Counted from the stretch's first letter, positions 25,274 through 33,873 are shown. The stretch: 44,112 nt of DNA from a virus (IMGVR_UViG_3300041097_000002:1-44112), one strand, 5' to 3'. The notes: generated by a model not told the origin, from the letters alone. Numbers and translations are program-made.

Positions 25274-25440
25274 CAGCGGCGAGCCTCGAAGAACTTGCCG
25301 AGGCACCGCTCCCAGGCGAGAACGCACGCGAGCTGCGCGTCGCCACCGTGCGGGTGCTTCGCGCGCGCGCACGTCGGCGTCTGGCCGTAGCGCGGCAGCC
25401 GGCGCTGATGCGCGCATTCGTGGCAGCGGGAGTCGGTCAT
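25273..25440 (-). CDS. Small Cys-rich protein (55 aa), not in ORF track
   Basis: MTDSRCHECAH...C...C...CLGKFFEARR, with overlaps at both ends. Confidence 0.65.
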   Translation of the reverse strand: MTDSRCHECAHQRRLPRYGQTPTCARAKHPHGGDAQLACVLAWERCLGKFFEARR

Positions 25441-27173
25441 GCGGGCTCCGTCGCGTGCGAATAGGTGTACGCGCGGCCGGATTCATCGCGCCCGGCGAAC
25501 ATATCGTGATACCGGCCCGTTACCCGGTCGTATCGCAACGTCGCCATACCGACCCGACCGACGCGCTTCTTGCGCACCTTCTGGACGTGAATCTCGACCT
25601 CTTGCGTGTCGGTCGAACGATCACGCCAGACCGTAATGATGTTGTCGGCCTTGTTGTTCCAATGCGCGGAACCGGCGATCTGGTACGGCGTCGGCAGCGG
25701 CTCCTTGTCCGAATCCTTGCGTGGCAACAGCATCCGAGGATGGGCCACGACCCACACGTGCACGTCGTGGCTGCGCGCGAACTTGCGGATCGTCGACAGC
25801 GTTTCGCTGATGTACTTCGTCTCGGTCGTGCTCTCCGAGTAGCGATGCTCGATCTCGTTCCAGGGATCGAGGATGATTCCGGTGACGCCGCGCGTCTTGA
25901 CCAGCTGCCGGCACTGCGCGAGAAGCGTTTCGGGCGTGGACTCTTCCGGCATCAGGAACGTGTAGTTCTCCTTGAACCACGTTTCCGCCATGTCGATGTC
26001 GGTCGGCGACATACGCTCCGTCGGACCCCGATCGAACGGCTTGCCGATGAACTTCTCCATCAGCTTTTCGATGTGCTCGGACACTGGAAGGTTCTCGGCC
26101 GAGTACACGGCGAAGCGCCATCCGTAGCGGCGCGCGAGGTTCAACGCGAGCGCGTCGAGCCATTCCGACTTGCCGTGCCCAGGCACGCCGGTAACGAGCG
26201 TCCATTCGCCCGGAAGCACGGTGTAGAACTCGTCGACCGATGACCATCCGGTCGAGAGCCCTTTCGAGCGACCGTGTTCGTAGTGCTGCCGAATCTCGGC
26301 AAAGAAATCACCCGCCGAATGCGCGCCCTCGACCGGCAGCGGTTGCGCCCGCAGGATGCAGTCGGCGAGTACATCTGGCCCGTGCGCGACGAGCACCTCG
26401 TTCGCGTCTTTGCACCCCTCCGGCCACTCGACCACGAGGCAGTTTTCACGGCCGAGCCGGCGCACCAGCTCGTCTTTCAGCCGCGCACCAGGTGCATCGC
26501 TGTCGACCGCAATGATGTGCGTCTTGACGTGCTCGAGTTCCTGCGCGTCGAGGAAGTCGAACTTGCTGCCGTAGCTCTTGGAGTCCGGCGCAGGCGCTCC
26601 GTCCGGCACCGACACGCACGACTGATAGCCCGCCTGCTCGACCGAGAGTTTGTCGATTTCGCCCTCGACCCACACGAGCGTTTCGCCGATGTCGTTCAAC
26701 CCGTACAGCACGCGCTCGCAGGCCGATTCCATGCGAAAGAGCTTGTCGGCCGTGCGCGACTTGATGTTCACGACATCCGTTCCGCGCAGGTACGGGAACA
26801 AGATGCAAGTGCGCTCTTCCTCGACCTGGGGGAAGTAGCGCGTGCCGTTGCCGATCTGGTTGCGCCGAAGGACTTCGGCACCGATTCCCCGCTTGGCGAA
26901 CCACGTGACGATGTTCTCGGGCACGCCGTCGGACGTGGCAACGTAGTCCGGCTTGCGCCACGTCTTGACGATCTCGGGCCGACGATAGATGCCAGTGCCC
27001 AGACCGCCCGCCCATTCGCAGTGCCAGCAGTGAAAAACCTGCTTGTCCAAATTGACGTTCAAACAGCGATATGACCGTTTTTTTCGTGTGTGCGAGCACT
27101 GTGGACAAATTGCTTTAATTTCCCCGGATGTGTGACCGCGTGTATCTATGCCTAAGTCCGCGAAGGTTTTCAT
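25437..27173 (-). CDS. Bifunctional primase-helicase (T7 gp4/Twinkle-like)
   Basis: Zn finger CPQC...CWHC, TOPRIM (VEGEID, DSD, KDANE), SF4 helicase Walker A GVPGHGKS, ILDPWN, VAHP. Confidence 0.93.
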   Translation of the reverse strand: MKTFADLGIDTRGHTSGEIKAICPQCSHTRKKRSYRCLNVNLDKQVFHCWHCEWAGGLGTGIYRRPEIVKTWRKPDYVATSDGVPENIVTWFAKRGIGAEVLRRNQIGNGTRYFPQVEEERTCILFPYLRGTDVVNIKSRTADKLFRMESACERVLYGLNDIGETLVWVEGEIDKLSVEQAGYQSCVSVPDGAPAPDSKSYGSKFDFLDAQELEHVKTHIIAVDSDAPGARLKDELVRRLGRENCLVVEWPEGCKDANEVLVAHGPDVLADCILRAQPLPVEGAHSAGDFFAEIRQHYEHGRSKGLSTGWSSVDEFYTVLPGEWTLVTGVPGHGKSEWLDALALNLARRYGWRFAVYSAENLPVSEHIEKLMEKFIGKPFDRGPTERMSPTDIDMAETWFKENYTFLMPEESTPETLLAQCRQLVKTRGVTGIILDPWNEIEHRYSESTTETKYISETLSTIRKFARSHDVHVWVVAHPRMLLPRKDSDKEPLPTPYQIAGSAHWNNKADNIITVWRDRSTDTQEVEIHVQKVRKKRVGRVGMATLRYDRVTGRYHDMFAGRDESGRAYTYSHATEPA

Positions 27174-27628
27174 GCCCACGCCCTCCCAGACACGACTTGC
27201 TTGACAAGTGATTCGCTGACTCCAAACCTTTGCGCAATTGCGGCTCGCCCATAGCGGCCACCGCCAGAAGCGAGCCTCCGAATCTCATCGGCCGTTGCCC
27301 GTGTGAGTTTCGCGTTCACATGGTCTTCGCCGCGCGGGTGACGCCTATTGCGTGTGATCTGCTCTCCGCTGGCTTGCCGACCTTTGGCAACCTTGTCCCG
27401 CATGTTGTCGGCCCTCGTCCCGAGAAACAGGTGATCGACATTCACGCAAGCGGGGTTGTCGCAGTGGTGGCAAACGCACATCCCATGCGGGATAGGCCCA
27501 TTCGCCTGCTCCCATGCATGTCGATGCGCAAGGCGCGTGCGACCGTCGACCTTGATCCGCCCGTAACGCAACTTTCCAGGCCGTGGCGAAAAATACGATC
27601 CGGCCCACTCGACGCAATCTCTCAGCAC
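27170..27628 (-). CDS. Free-standing HNH homing endonuclease
   Basis: AHRxAW...VCHxCDNPxCVNxxHLFLGTxxDNMxD plus C-terminal HTH (AKLT...IAQRFGVS). Confidence 0.92.
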   Translation of the reverse strand: MLRDCVEWAGSYFSPRPGKLRYGRIKVDGRTRLAHRHAWEQANGPIPHGMCVCHHCDNPACVNVDHLFLGTRADNMRDKVAKGRQASGEQITRNRRHPRGEDHVNAKLTRATADEIRRLASGGGRYGRAAIAQRFGVSESLVKQVVSGRAWA

Positions 27629-28416
27629 AGCGCCACCCTCTTCGATCCGTCCGCGTTGAAGTAGCTTCCGCCGCAGCGATAGCGGCCGTCCGGGAGCTTC
27701 TCTACCCTGCCGCCCATCTGCTCGCGGATTCGATCCGCGACCGGGTCCGGCTTGATCGCCGCCCCGAGGTACTCGACCGGGTTTGTCTTGGATTTCGCCG
27801 CCACGAGCGCGGCCATTGCGCCGTCGTCCCCGAGTTCCTTGCGCGCCTTCGCGACGAGGCTGCGCGCGGCCTTTTCGCTACTGCCGGTTGCGGTGAGGAC
27901 GGACACGCCGAGGTCGAAAATCGCCTTCACCGGGTCGGGCGGGTCTGAAATCGGATTGGGGGGCGGAACGCCCGAAGCGTTAGCTTCGGAAGTCTTTATC
28001 TGGCTATGGCTATGGTTAGGTTCACAAGTCGTCCACGATTCGTGCTCGGTTCGTGTGTCGATTCGTGCTGGTTTCGTTGCACGTCTTTTCGCTTCTCGTG
28101 CCTGCGCCGTCGCACGATTCACCTTCGCCTGCTCACGTCCTTTGGCGATCTCTTCGTCGGCACGTGGGTTGATGAGGCCGCCATCACCTTCTGTCCAGAA
28201 CCGCTCTGCCACGGCGTCGATTGCATCGCGGTCGGCCTTCGTCTCAGCGCGAAGCAGTCGATGTAACTCGCGGCCGGTGGGCAGTGCGCGCTCCGTTGCG
28301 TAGTAGTGCTGAAGCATCAGCAGATACGCGCCGTGCTCGGCCAGCGTGAGGGTTCCGGTGTCACGCTGGTAGTCGCCGATGTAGAGCTTGAAGAAGTTGA
28401 TGGCGGCCTCCGTCAC
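27622..28416 (-). CDS. Replication initiator (YdaU/DUF1376 family)
   Basis: FxLYIGDYxRDTxxLTxxEHGAYLL motif. Internal iterons. Confidence 0.88.
   Translation of the reverse strand: MTEAAINFFKLYIGDYQRDTGTLTLAEHGAYLLMLQHYYATERALPTGRELHRLLRAETKADRDAIDAVAERFWTEGDGGLINPRADEEIAKGREQAKVNRATAQAREAKRRATKPARIDTRTEHESWTTCEPNHSHSQIKTSEANASGVPPPNPISDPPDPVKAIFDLGVSVLTATGSSEKAARSLVAKARKELGDDGAMAALVAAKSKTNPVEYLGAAIKPDPVADRIREQMGGRVEKLPDGRYRCGGSYFNADGSKRVALC
27972..28080. other. Putative replication origin (iterons within the initiator gene)
   Basis: GATTCGTGCT, GGTTCGTGTG, GATTCGTGCT, GTTTCGTTGC at 28037, 28048, 28060, 28071. TGGCTA repeats at 28001-28017 and palindrome CCGAAGC...GCTTCGG at 27972-27989. 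Confidence 0.7.
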
Positions 28417-28417
28417 T

Positions 28418-28771
28418 TCAGAACGGGATCCGGGGATCCGACGGCACCCAGGCCACCTTGAACTCGCCGATGCTTGGAGGAACCATCTCGCGCACGCGCT
28501 CGGCGAGCCGCGCGTGGTCTTGTTCGCTGATGGCGTAGTCGTCGGGTTCGTCCGGAAACCAATTCGACGGCAGTCGGAGTGCGCGCGAGCCGTCGACGAA
28601 GCTCGACGCTGGCATGTCGAAATGCAGCCGCCTCGTGCCGCTGATTCGTACGGTCGGATCGCTATGGAGCGAGCCGTGCTCCGTCTCGACGTAGTTGTAA
28701 ATCAGCGTGACGCGGCACTCAGCACCGCTCCGCTCATCCTTCACTGTCCCGACTTCTCTCTCGTGTTTCAT
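28418..28771 (-). CDS. Hypothetical protein
   Basis: ATG with GAGAGG RBS. Ends in acidic/IPF tail. Confidence 0.7.
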   Translation of the reverse strand: MKHEREVGTVKDERSGAECRVTLIYNYVETEHGSLHSDPTVRISGTRRLHFDMPASSFVDGSRALRLPSNWFPDEPDDYAISEQDHARLAERVREMVPPSIGEFKVAWVPSDPRIPF

Positions 28772-28795
28772 GCTCACCCTCTCATGCACCGCTGA

Positions 28796-28855
28796 TTGCG
28801 CATCGGCAGGCGGGCGGTGAATCCGCTTTTCGGGAGCTACCCTAGCCGCGCGCAA
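28796..28855 (-). ncRNA. Candidate structured cis-RNA element
   Basis: Intergenic nested pairing TTGCGC..CGGC.AGG / CCT.GCCG..GCGCAA enclosing GGGTAGCTCCC-GAAAA and GCGG-ATTCA-CCGC hairpins. Confidence 0.5.
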
Positions 28856-28872
28856 AACGACCTCCGTCTGCA

Positions 28873-28980
28873 TCACTCGGCCCGCAGACGAAGAACAACG
28901 AACAACCATGTCACCGCTAACGCCGGCATCAGCCGGTGCGCGTACAGCCACATGACGAGGCGCTTGATGAGCGAACGCAT
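28873..28980 (-). CDS. Small hydrophobic peptide (35 aa), not in ORF track
   Basis: MRSLIKRLVMWLYAHRLMPALAVTWLFVVLRLRAE, ATG abuts the upstream stop. Confidence 0.6.
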   Translation of the reverse strand: MRSLIKRLVMWLYAHRLMPALAVTWLFVVLRLRAE

Positions 28981-29172
28981 TCAGACCCCGTGCATCCGAG
29001 CCAGCCGGCGCATGTCTGCCTCGTACTGCTCCGGCGTGACCACGAACCGCTGCGTGTAGTCGGCTTTCGCGCGCTCATACCCCGCGTAGTTCGGCACGGG
29101 CGCCTGCACGGCCATAGCGGCATAGGCGCGCATGAATTGCTCGCGAGGGCTGAGTTCGGCGACGGCGCTCAT
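28981..29172 (-). CDS. Hypothetical protein
   Basis: ATGA coupling to the methyltransferase. Confidence 0.7.
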   Translation of the reverse strand: MSAVAELSPREQFMRAYAAMAVQAPVPNYAGYERAKADYTQRFVVTPEQYEADMRRLARMHGV

Positions 29173-30050
29173 GCGACGGCCTGCGCGAAAAGATCGTCCG
29201 TCTTGGCAAGCGCGGCGGCGATGTTGCGAGTCGCCTGTTCGTAGTAGCTGCGCTTGAGTTCAACCCCGACGAAGCGGCGCCCCATTTCGACCGAGACGTA
29301 CCCCTCGGAGCCGATGCCCATGAAGGGCGACAGAACGATGTCGTCGGGGTTCGTCCAGAGCATCACGCCCCGGCGGATCACTTCAAGCTGCAGCGGGCAG
29401 ATATGGCGCTCGTCGTCGTGCTCGCGGGCGCTGGTGTACTGCAACGTGTCGGACGGATTGATGTCCATCCAGATGGGCGAGGCGACCTTCTGCCACAGGT
29501 CGACCGGGTATTCCTCCCTCGTGTGCGTGATGCGCTCGGACTCGCCGGGCGCACGCATCGTCACGAGATAGTCGGGGATGCCCTGCCGGCACATGGCCGA
29601 GTTCTCGCGCACGGACTTGTGCAGCAGGCCGAGCGCCTTCGTGCGCTGCATCGCCGTAACCGGGTCTTTCCAGATGCAGACTTCGGAGTGGTAGATGAAC
29701 CCCTCGGCCTGGAATGCCCGGATCAGGTTCCCCCGGAAGTCTTTCAGGCCGATGTAGCCGTCGCGCTGCTTGCTCGCCGGCATCAACATGCAGTGAAACG
29801 AGACGTTGCGGCCCGGCATCATCACGCGGCGCAGCTCGCGCACGAGATAGCCGAAGTGCTCGAAGAATTCCTCGTCGGATCGCACGTTGCCCATGTCACG
29901 CGGGCTGTTGCTGTAGGTGTACAGCGAGGCGAACGGCGGCGAGAAGATGCTGTAGCCGATCGACGCATCGGGAATGCCCTGCAGAACGTCCACGCAGTCA
30001 CCGTGGAACAGCGAATACCGATCCTCGATCGTTTGGTCGATGCAGTTCAC
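29169..30050 (-). CDS. DNA amino-methyltransferase (N4/N6, beta-type order)
   Basis: GDC, FSPPF catalytic motif, HICPLQ, VLSPFMGIGSEG SAM-binding motif. Confidence 0.92.
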   Translation of the reverse strand: MNCIDQTIEDRYSLFHGDCVDVLQGIPDASIGYSIFSPPFASLYTYSNSPRDMGNVRSDEEFFEHFGYLVRELRRVMMPGRNVSFHCMLMPASKQRDGYIGLKDFRGNLIRAFQAEGFIYHSEVCIWKDPVTAMQRTKALGLLHKSVRENSAMCRQGIPDYLVTMRAPGESERITHTREEYPVDLWQKVASPIWMDINPSDTLQYTSAREHDDERHICPLQLEVIRRGVMLWTNPDDIVLSPFMGIGSEGYVSVEMGRRFVGVELKRSYYEQATRNIAAALAKTDDLFAQAVA

Positions 30051-31435
30051 GCCGCGCTCCTGAGCCAGTTCGGCACCTGCACCGACTGGACTGCGTTGTA
30101 TTCGTTCGTCTGTCGGTGCGATCCAGTCACTTCCTGCATGACGGCCGCGCGCGTCTCCTGACTGAGCGCATCGGCCATTGCCCCGGCGTCGCGCTCTTTG
30201 CGTTTCAGGTTCGCCACGATCGCGCCCTCGGCCTTGCTGGCGAAGATATGGACGTGGACCTCACGCTTCTGGCCGAAGCGCCAGCAGCGGCGCACGGCCT
30301 GGTAATAGGCCTCGTAGGAGTCGGTGACACCGACGAACGCCATGCGTGCCGCGTGCTGCCAATTCAGCCCCCACCCGCAGATGGATGGTTTGCTGACGAG
30401 CACGCGGGCCTCGCCTCGCGCGAACGCCTGCAGGCGCGCTTCCTTCGTGTCTACGTCGTCTGAGCCGCGAATCTCGATTGCGCCGTTGATCGCTTTGGTC
30501 AGCGCCGCGCTCTCGTCGTTCAGGTCGCACCAGACGACCCACGGCTCCGACGCTTCGGCGTTGACCTTCGCAGCGCACTCGGCGACCCGCTCTGCCATCG
30601 AAGCCCGGCGCGCGTCCCTGCGCTCGGAAAGCGTCTGCGCCTCGGCCGCGAACAGCATTCCGTTCATCGGCCCATCAATCTCGATCTGATGCTCACGGAT
30701 GTGCAGCTTCGGCAGCCGATACGGGCCGTCATCGAACCCCAGGTCAGACGGCTTGCGGATCAGCGCACCCCACGAGACGACCCACCGCCAGAACTGCTCG
30801 CGTGCGTGGCCTTTGAGGCGCCACACGGACGTATCGCCGCCGTCGTGCGTGAAGAACTCGGCGAGCATTTCCGCCCGGCTGCAGATGCCGAGGAATTCGG
30901 CGTGCGTGCCCAACTCGGTCCAGTCATTCGGCGCGGGGGTAGCTGTCGCGGGCAGGCGGAACGGCGTTTCCCGGAAGGCAGCCGTGAGCAGTCCGAACGA
31001 CTTCGCGTCGTGGTGCTTGATGATTGACGACTCGTCGAGCACTACCCCGCCAAAGATCGACGGGTCGAATCGATGCAGGCGATCGTAGTTCGTGATGTTG
31101 ATGCCGCGATCGTTCACGTCCGCGCCGTCGCGGCATACGGTCACGTCGACGCCGATCTGCAGGCCCTCGGCGGCCGTCTGTGCGGCAACGGCGAGCGGCG
31201 CAAGGATCATGACGGGTTGCCCGGTATGGCGCAGCACCGCAGCGGCCCACGCGAGTTCCATGCGGCTCTTGCCGAGCCCGGTGTCGGCGAAGATGGCAGC
31301 ACGGCCGCGCTTGATCGCCCACGAGGTCAGCGCCTTTTGGTGCGGAAAGAGCGAGGCCGGCAGATCGACCGCGCTGGCAATGCCGGATGGCTGGCGCAGG
31401 GCGAGCTTCTCGGCAACGAAGGATTCGTAGCTCAC
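30047..31435 (-). CDS. SNF2-like superfamily 2 helicase
   Basis: LFPHQ, DTGLGKS, LDESS, TATP, QAVRRCWRFGQ. GTG start at 31435. Confidence 0.9.
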   Translation of the reverse strand: MSYESFVAEKLALRQPSGIASAVDLPASLFPHQKALTSWAIKRGRAAIFADTGLGKSRMELAWAAAVLRHTGQPVMILAPLAVAAQTAAEGLQIGVDVTVCRDGADVNDRGINITNYDRLHRFDPSIFGGVVLDESSIIKHHDAKSFGLLTAAFRETPFRLPATATPAPNDWTELGTHAEFLGICSRAEMLAEFFTHDGGDTSVWRLKGHAREQFWRWVVSWGALIRKPSDLGFDDGPYRLPKLHIREHQIEIDGPMNGMLFAAEAQTLSERRDARRASMAERVAECAAKVNAEASEPWVVWCDLNDESAALTKAINGAIEIRGSDDVDTKEARLQAFARGEARVLVSKPSICGWGLNWQHAARMAFVGVTDSYEAYYQAVRRCWRFGQKREVHVHIFASKAEGAIVANLKRKERDAGAMADALSQETRAAVMQEVTGSHRQTNEYNAVQSVQVPNWLRSAA

Positions 31436-31770
31436 CGCGCCCTCCGATACTCGCGTCGCACGCCCTTGGCCCACGGCACTTCGCGCACCTCGGCGAGGCT
31501 TGCGGCGACGAAATTCGCCAGGTGCGCATATGCGGTAGATAGGCGCACGCCGCCGCGGATTGACAGCGCCCATGCGGTGCGCCATTCGTCGTCGATTGCA
31601 TCGATCAGCTGCTGGCGCGGACGCTTCGACAGGCCGCGCTTCGGCGGCTTGGCCTTGGCGGGCTTCGGGGCCGGCAGCCATGCGGCGGGTGTTCCGCGCG
31701 GCGCGGCGTCGGCCGGGATCTGCGCGGTCCCGCAGGCGTGGGCGGCCATCCAGGCGCAGGCGTTGCTCAC
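31432..31770 (-). CDS. Hypothetical protein, possible winged HTH
   Basis: GTGA overlaps at both ends. Basic linker then HTH-like segment. Confidence 0.6.
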   Translation of the reverse strand: MSNACAWMAAHACGTAQIPADAAPRGTPAAWLPAPKPAKAKPPKRGLSKRPRQQLIDAIDDEWRTAWALSIRGGVRLSTAYAHLANFVAASLAEVREVPWAKGVRREYRRAR

Positions 31771-32354
31771 GCCGCCACCTTCCCGGCGTCGAGGGCGAGC
31801 GACCATTGGTCCGCCATTGCCTCGGCAATACCGGCAAACGTCCTGCTGCGCTCCTTCCAGCGATCCGGCCCAGGCGGCATCCGATGCACGCGCGCCTCGC
31901 GACCGTCGACGATGTTCGTCGGCGTGAGCTTCGGCAGTCCCTTCAGCCAAAGGCACGTCGCCTTCGTCTCGGGGTGCCCGAACTGCCACGGCTGGATGAC
32001 TTGATCCGGCTTGCGGTACAGGCTCGACACGATCGACACCGGCTGCTCGATCGCCGTCATGGGGATGTGCTCGGAGCGGCGCACGATCCGTATGAAGAAC
32101 GACACGGCGGCCTGCTGTCGCCCGTCCCTGCGCTTCTCGGCGAAGTGCCGCGCGCCGCTCACCGCGGTATGCGTGCAGGCGGGATGGAAGATCGCCAGGT
32201 CCCACGGGTAGTCGATGACGTCGAACAGATCGCCCTGGTAGTGCGGCCCCGGACGTTCGGTCGGCAGCAGATCGCACGACATGGCGTCGTGACCAGCGGC
32301 GATGAACGCATCGCGCACAACGCCGGAGAATTCGCAAGCAATCAGGCAGCGCAT
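31767..32354 (-). CDS. Phage cytosine-methyltransferase-like protein
   Basis: LIACEFSG, SCDLLP, HPxC catalytic-type motif, IEQP, RSRTF. Confidence 0.8.
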   Translation of the reverse strand: MRCLIACEFSGVVRDAFIAAGHDAMSCDLLPTERPGPHYQGDLFDVIDYPWDLAIFHPACTHTAVSGARHFAEKRRDGRQQAAVSFFIRIVRRSEHIPMTAIEQPVSIVSSLYRKPDQVIQPWQFGHPETKATCLWLKGLPKLTPTNIVDGREARVHRMPPGPDRWKERSRTFAGIAEAMADQWSLALDAGKVAA

Positions 32355-32905
32355 AACTTCGTCCCCTTGCTTCGGTTTGCGCTCTTGGGAATTACTTGCA
32401 GGTTTGTCTCGACATGCAATCCGCTGACTGTCTCGCCCTGGAGGGGATAGATATGGTCCACTTCGTGCGGAACGCCTGTCTCCCTACTCAGGCGGATTGC
32501 TTCCTCGTAAAACGACCGGATGAGTTCTTTGTTTGCCCATGCCACGTTCCGCTGGAGCTTCGCGGTGCGGCGAGCTTGGGTTATTGCATTCCGTGCGGCG
32601 GCGTTTTCTTTTGACCACTTGGCGCCGGCTTTCCGGTTCATCTCCTTGACCTTCTCCGGGTTCCGCGCCCGCCACGCCATTTCTATTTGACGGCGCTTCT
32701 CCTTGTTGGCGGAGCGCCATTTCTTCTGATACATGGCGCATTTTTCCGGGTTGGCTTTCTGCCATGCCTTGTTGTATGCGGCCTTCTGTTTACTGACTCT
32801 CTTTCGACGGGCTGCCGCAAACTGCTTGCAGGCGTCGCACAAGCAGTGCCCCCACTGATCGCGCGGGCCGAGCCCACCGCGTTTACAGGCGACCAGCACC
32901 CTCAC
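32342..32905 (-). CDS. Free-standing HNH homing endonuclease
   Basis: CxCxxC, W.xxNPEK repeats, HEVDHIxPLQG..VSGLHV..NLQVI...N..K. Visibly AT-richer than flanks. Confidence 0.9.
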   Translation of the reverse strand: MRVLVACKRGGLGPRDQWGHCLCDACKQFAAARRKRVSKQKAAYNKAWQKANPEKCAMYQKKWRSANKEKRRQIEMAWRARNPEKVKEMNRKAGAKWSKENAAARNAITQARRTAKLQRNVAWANKELIRSFYEEAIRLSRETGVPHEVDHIYPLQGETVSGLHVETNLQVIPKSANRSKGTKLCAA

Positions 32906-33048
32906 CGCCCGCACTCCCTGCACCAGCACGCCACCAGCGTCGCCAGCCGCACGCCAGTCGCGCCGTCCATCAGCGCCTCGATGACCCGCAGCCGGCGGGC
33001 GCGGATGGCCTGACGGCGGGCGTAGAGGGTGAGGGGGGAGTCGGTCAT
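32902..33048 (-). CDS. Hypothetical protein (48 aa), not in ORF track
   Basis: MTDSPLTLYARRQAIRARRLRVIEALMDG...CWCRECGR, with ATGA/GTGA overlaps. Confidence 0.55.
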   Translation of the reverse strand: MTDSPLTLYARRQAIRARRLRVIEALMDGATGVRLATLVACWCRECGR

Positions 33049-33413
33049 GCCTTGATTCCCGCTTGGCGCGTCAACTCGATCAGCTGCGGCAGCAGCGTCG
33101 CGATCTGCGACACCGCCTGCTGCTTGACCACATCCGGATCGCGCAGGAAGCGCTCGATCAACCAGTAGATCGGCCGGTAGTCCTGCGTCGAGGCGATGAT
33201 CTTCTCGAGGTCGTCTACGCGCAGCGGGCGCGGTTCGGCGCCGTCCAGATTCAGGCGCTTGGTCAGGTCGGTGGGCGACATATCGAGGTCGCCTGCGACG
33301 CCAGCGACGCCCTTGTGCGAGGCGTAGACGGTGGCGGCCGTGACTTCCCGCAGCGAGCGGTGCTGCGCAGTCAATCCGGGCCTGAAATCGAGCGTCAGTT
33401 GGGCCATCGTCAT
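33045..33413 (-). CDS. CII-like transcriptional regulator
   Basis: HTH (VAGDLDMSPTDLTKRLN), position downstream of cro. Confidence 0.7.
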   Translation of the reverse strand: MTMAQLTLDFRPGLTAQHRSLREVTAATVYASHKGVAGVAGDLDMSPTDLTKRLNLDGAEPRPLRVDDLEKIIASTQDYRPIYWLIERFLRDPDVVKQQAVSQIATLLPQLIELTRQAGIKA

Positions 33414-33575
33414 GCGCCGTACCGTTGTGCGTACGGTGACTTCACATGGCCGGGCAGAAAGATGCGGGGCATGGAGAACACTCGATCAGATCAGGTCAGG
33501 GATGCCCGCACCGCCCCGCTTAATGCTGCGATAGCCGGCGCAGGCATGAGCGTTGAGGGGCGGGCGGGCATTCGG

Positions 33576-33791
33576 TTAGGCCGCCTTCTCGGCGGACGGC
33601 GCGTAGATGTCGTCGAACGTGATCGCGAAATCCAGCGTCTTGGCGAAGGCGATGATCCGGGCCGCCACGTCGGGTGGGATCTGCTGCCGCCCGCACTCGT
33701 AGTGCGACACGTTTCCTTGCGTCACACCGATTCCTGCGGCGAACTGGGCCTGAGATAGACCAAGCCCTTTTCTGATGGAGACGATGCTCAT
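33576..33791 (-). CDS. Cro-like XRE HTH regulator
   Basis: IRKxLGLSQAQFAxxIGVTQGNVSHYExG, divergent from the repressor. Confidence 0.9.
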   Translation of the reverse strand: MSIVSIRKGLGLSQAQFAAGIGVTQGNVSHYECGRQQIPPDVAARIIAFAKTLDFAITFDDIYAPSAEKAA

Positions 33792-33798
33792 GACCGTC

Positions 33799-33827
33799 AT
33801 AGTAGCGCCCCTATTCCAGTCACGCAA
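33799..33827 (-). promoter_or_regulatory. PR-like sigma70 promoter
   Basis: TTGCGT (33827-33822), 17 bp spacer, TACTAT (33804-33799). The predicted start coincides with the cro ATG. Confidence 0.75.
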
Positions 33828-33840
33828 TAGCGCCCCTTGT
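33801..33840. promoter_or_regulatory. OR-like operators (15-bp A(A/G)TAG-N5-CTATT)
   Basis: AGTAGCGCCCCTATT at 33801-33815 and AATAGCGCCCCTTGT at 33826-33840 match the pair at 34736-34775. Confidence 0.85.
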
Positions 33841-33873
33841 TGCTGGAACGACGAGGCCGCTGATAAATGGCTC

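Noticed and set aside
29169-32905. Restriction-modification system (MTases plus HNH)
   Set aside because: The HNH looks like a recently inserted homing endonuclease, and the MTases sit in the lytic early operon as orphans.
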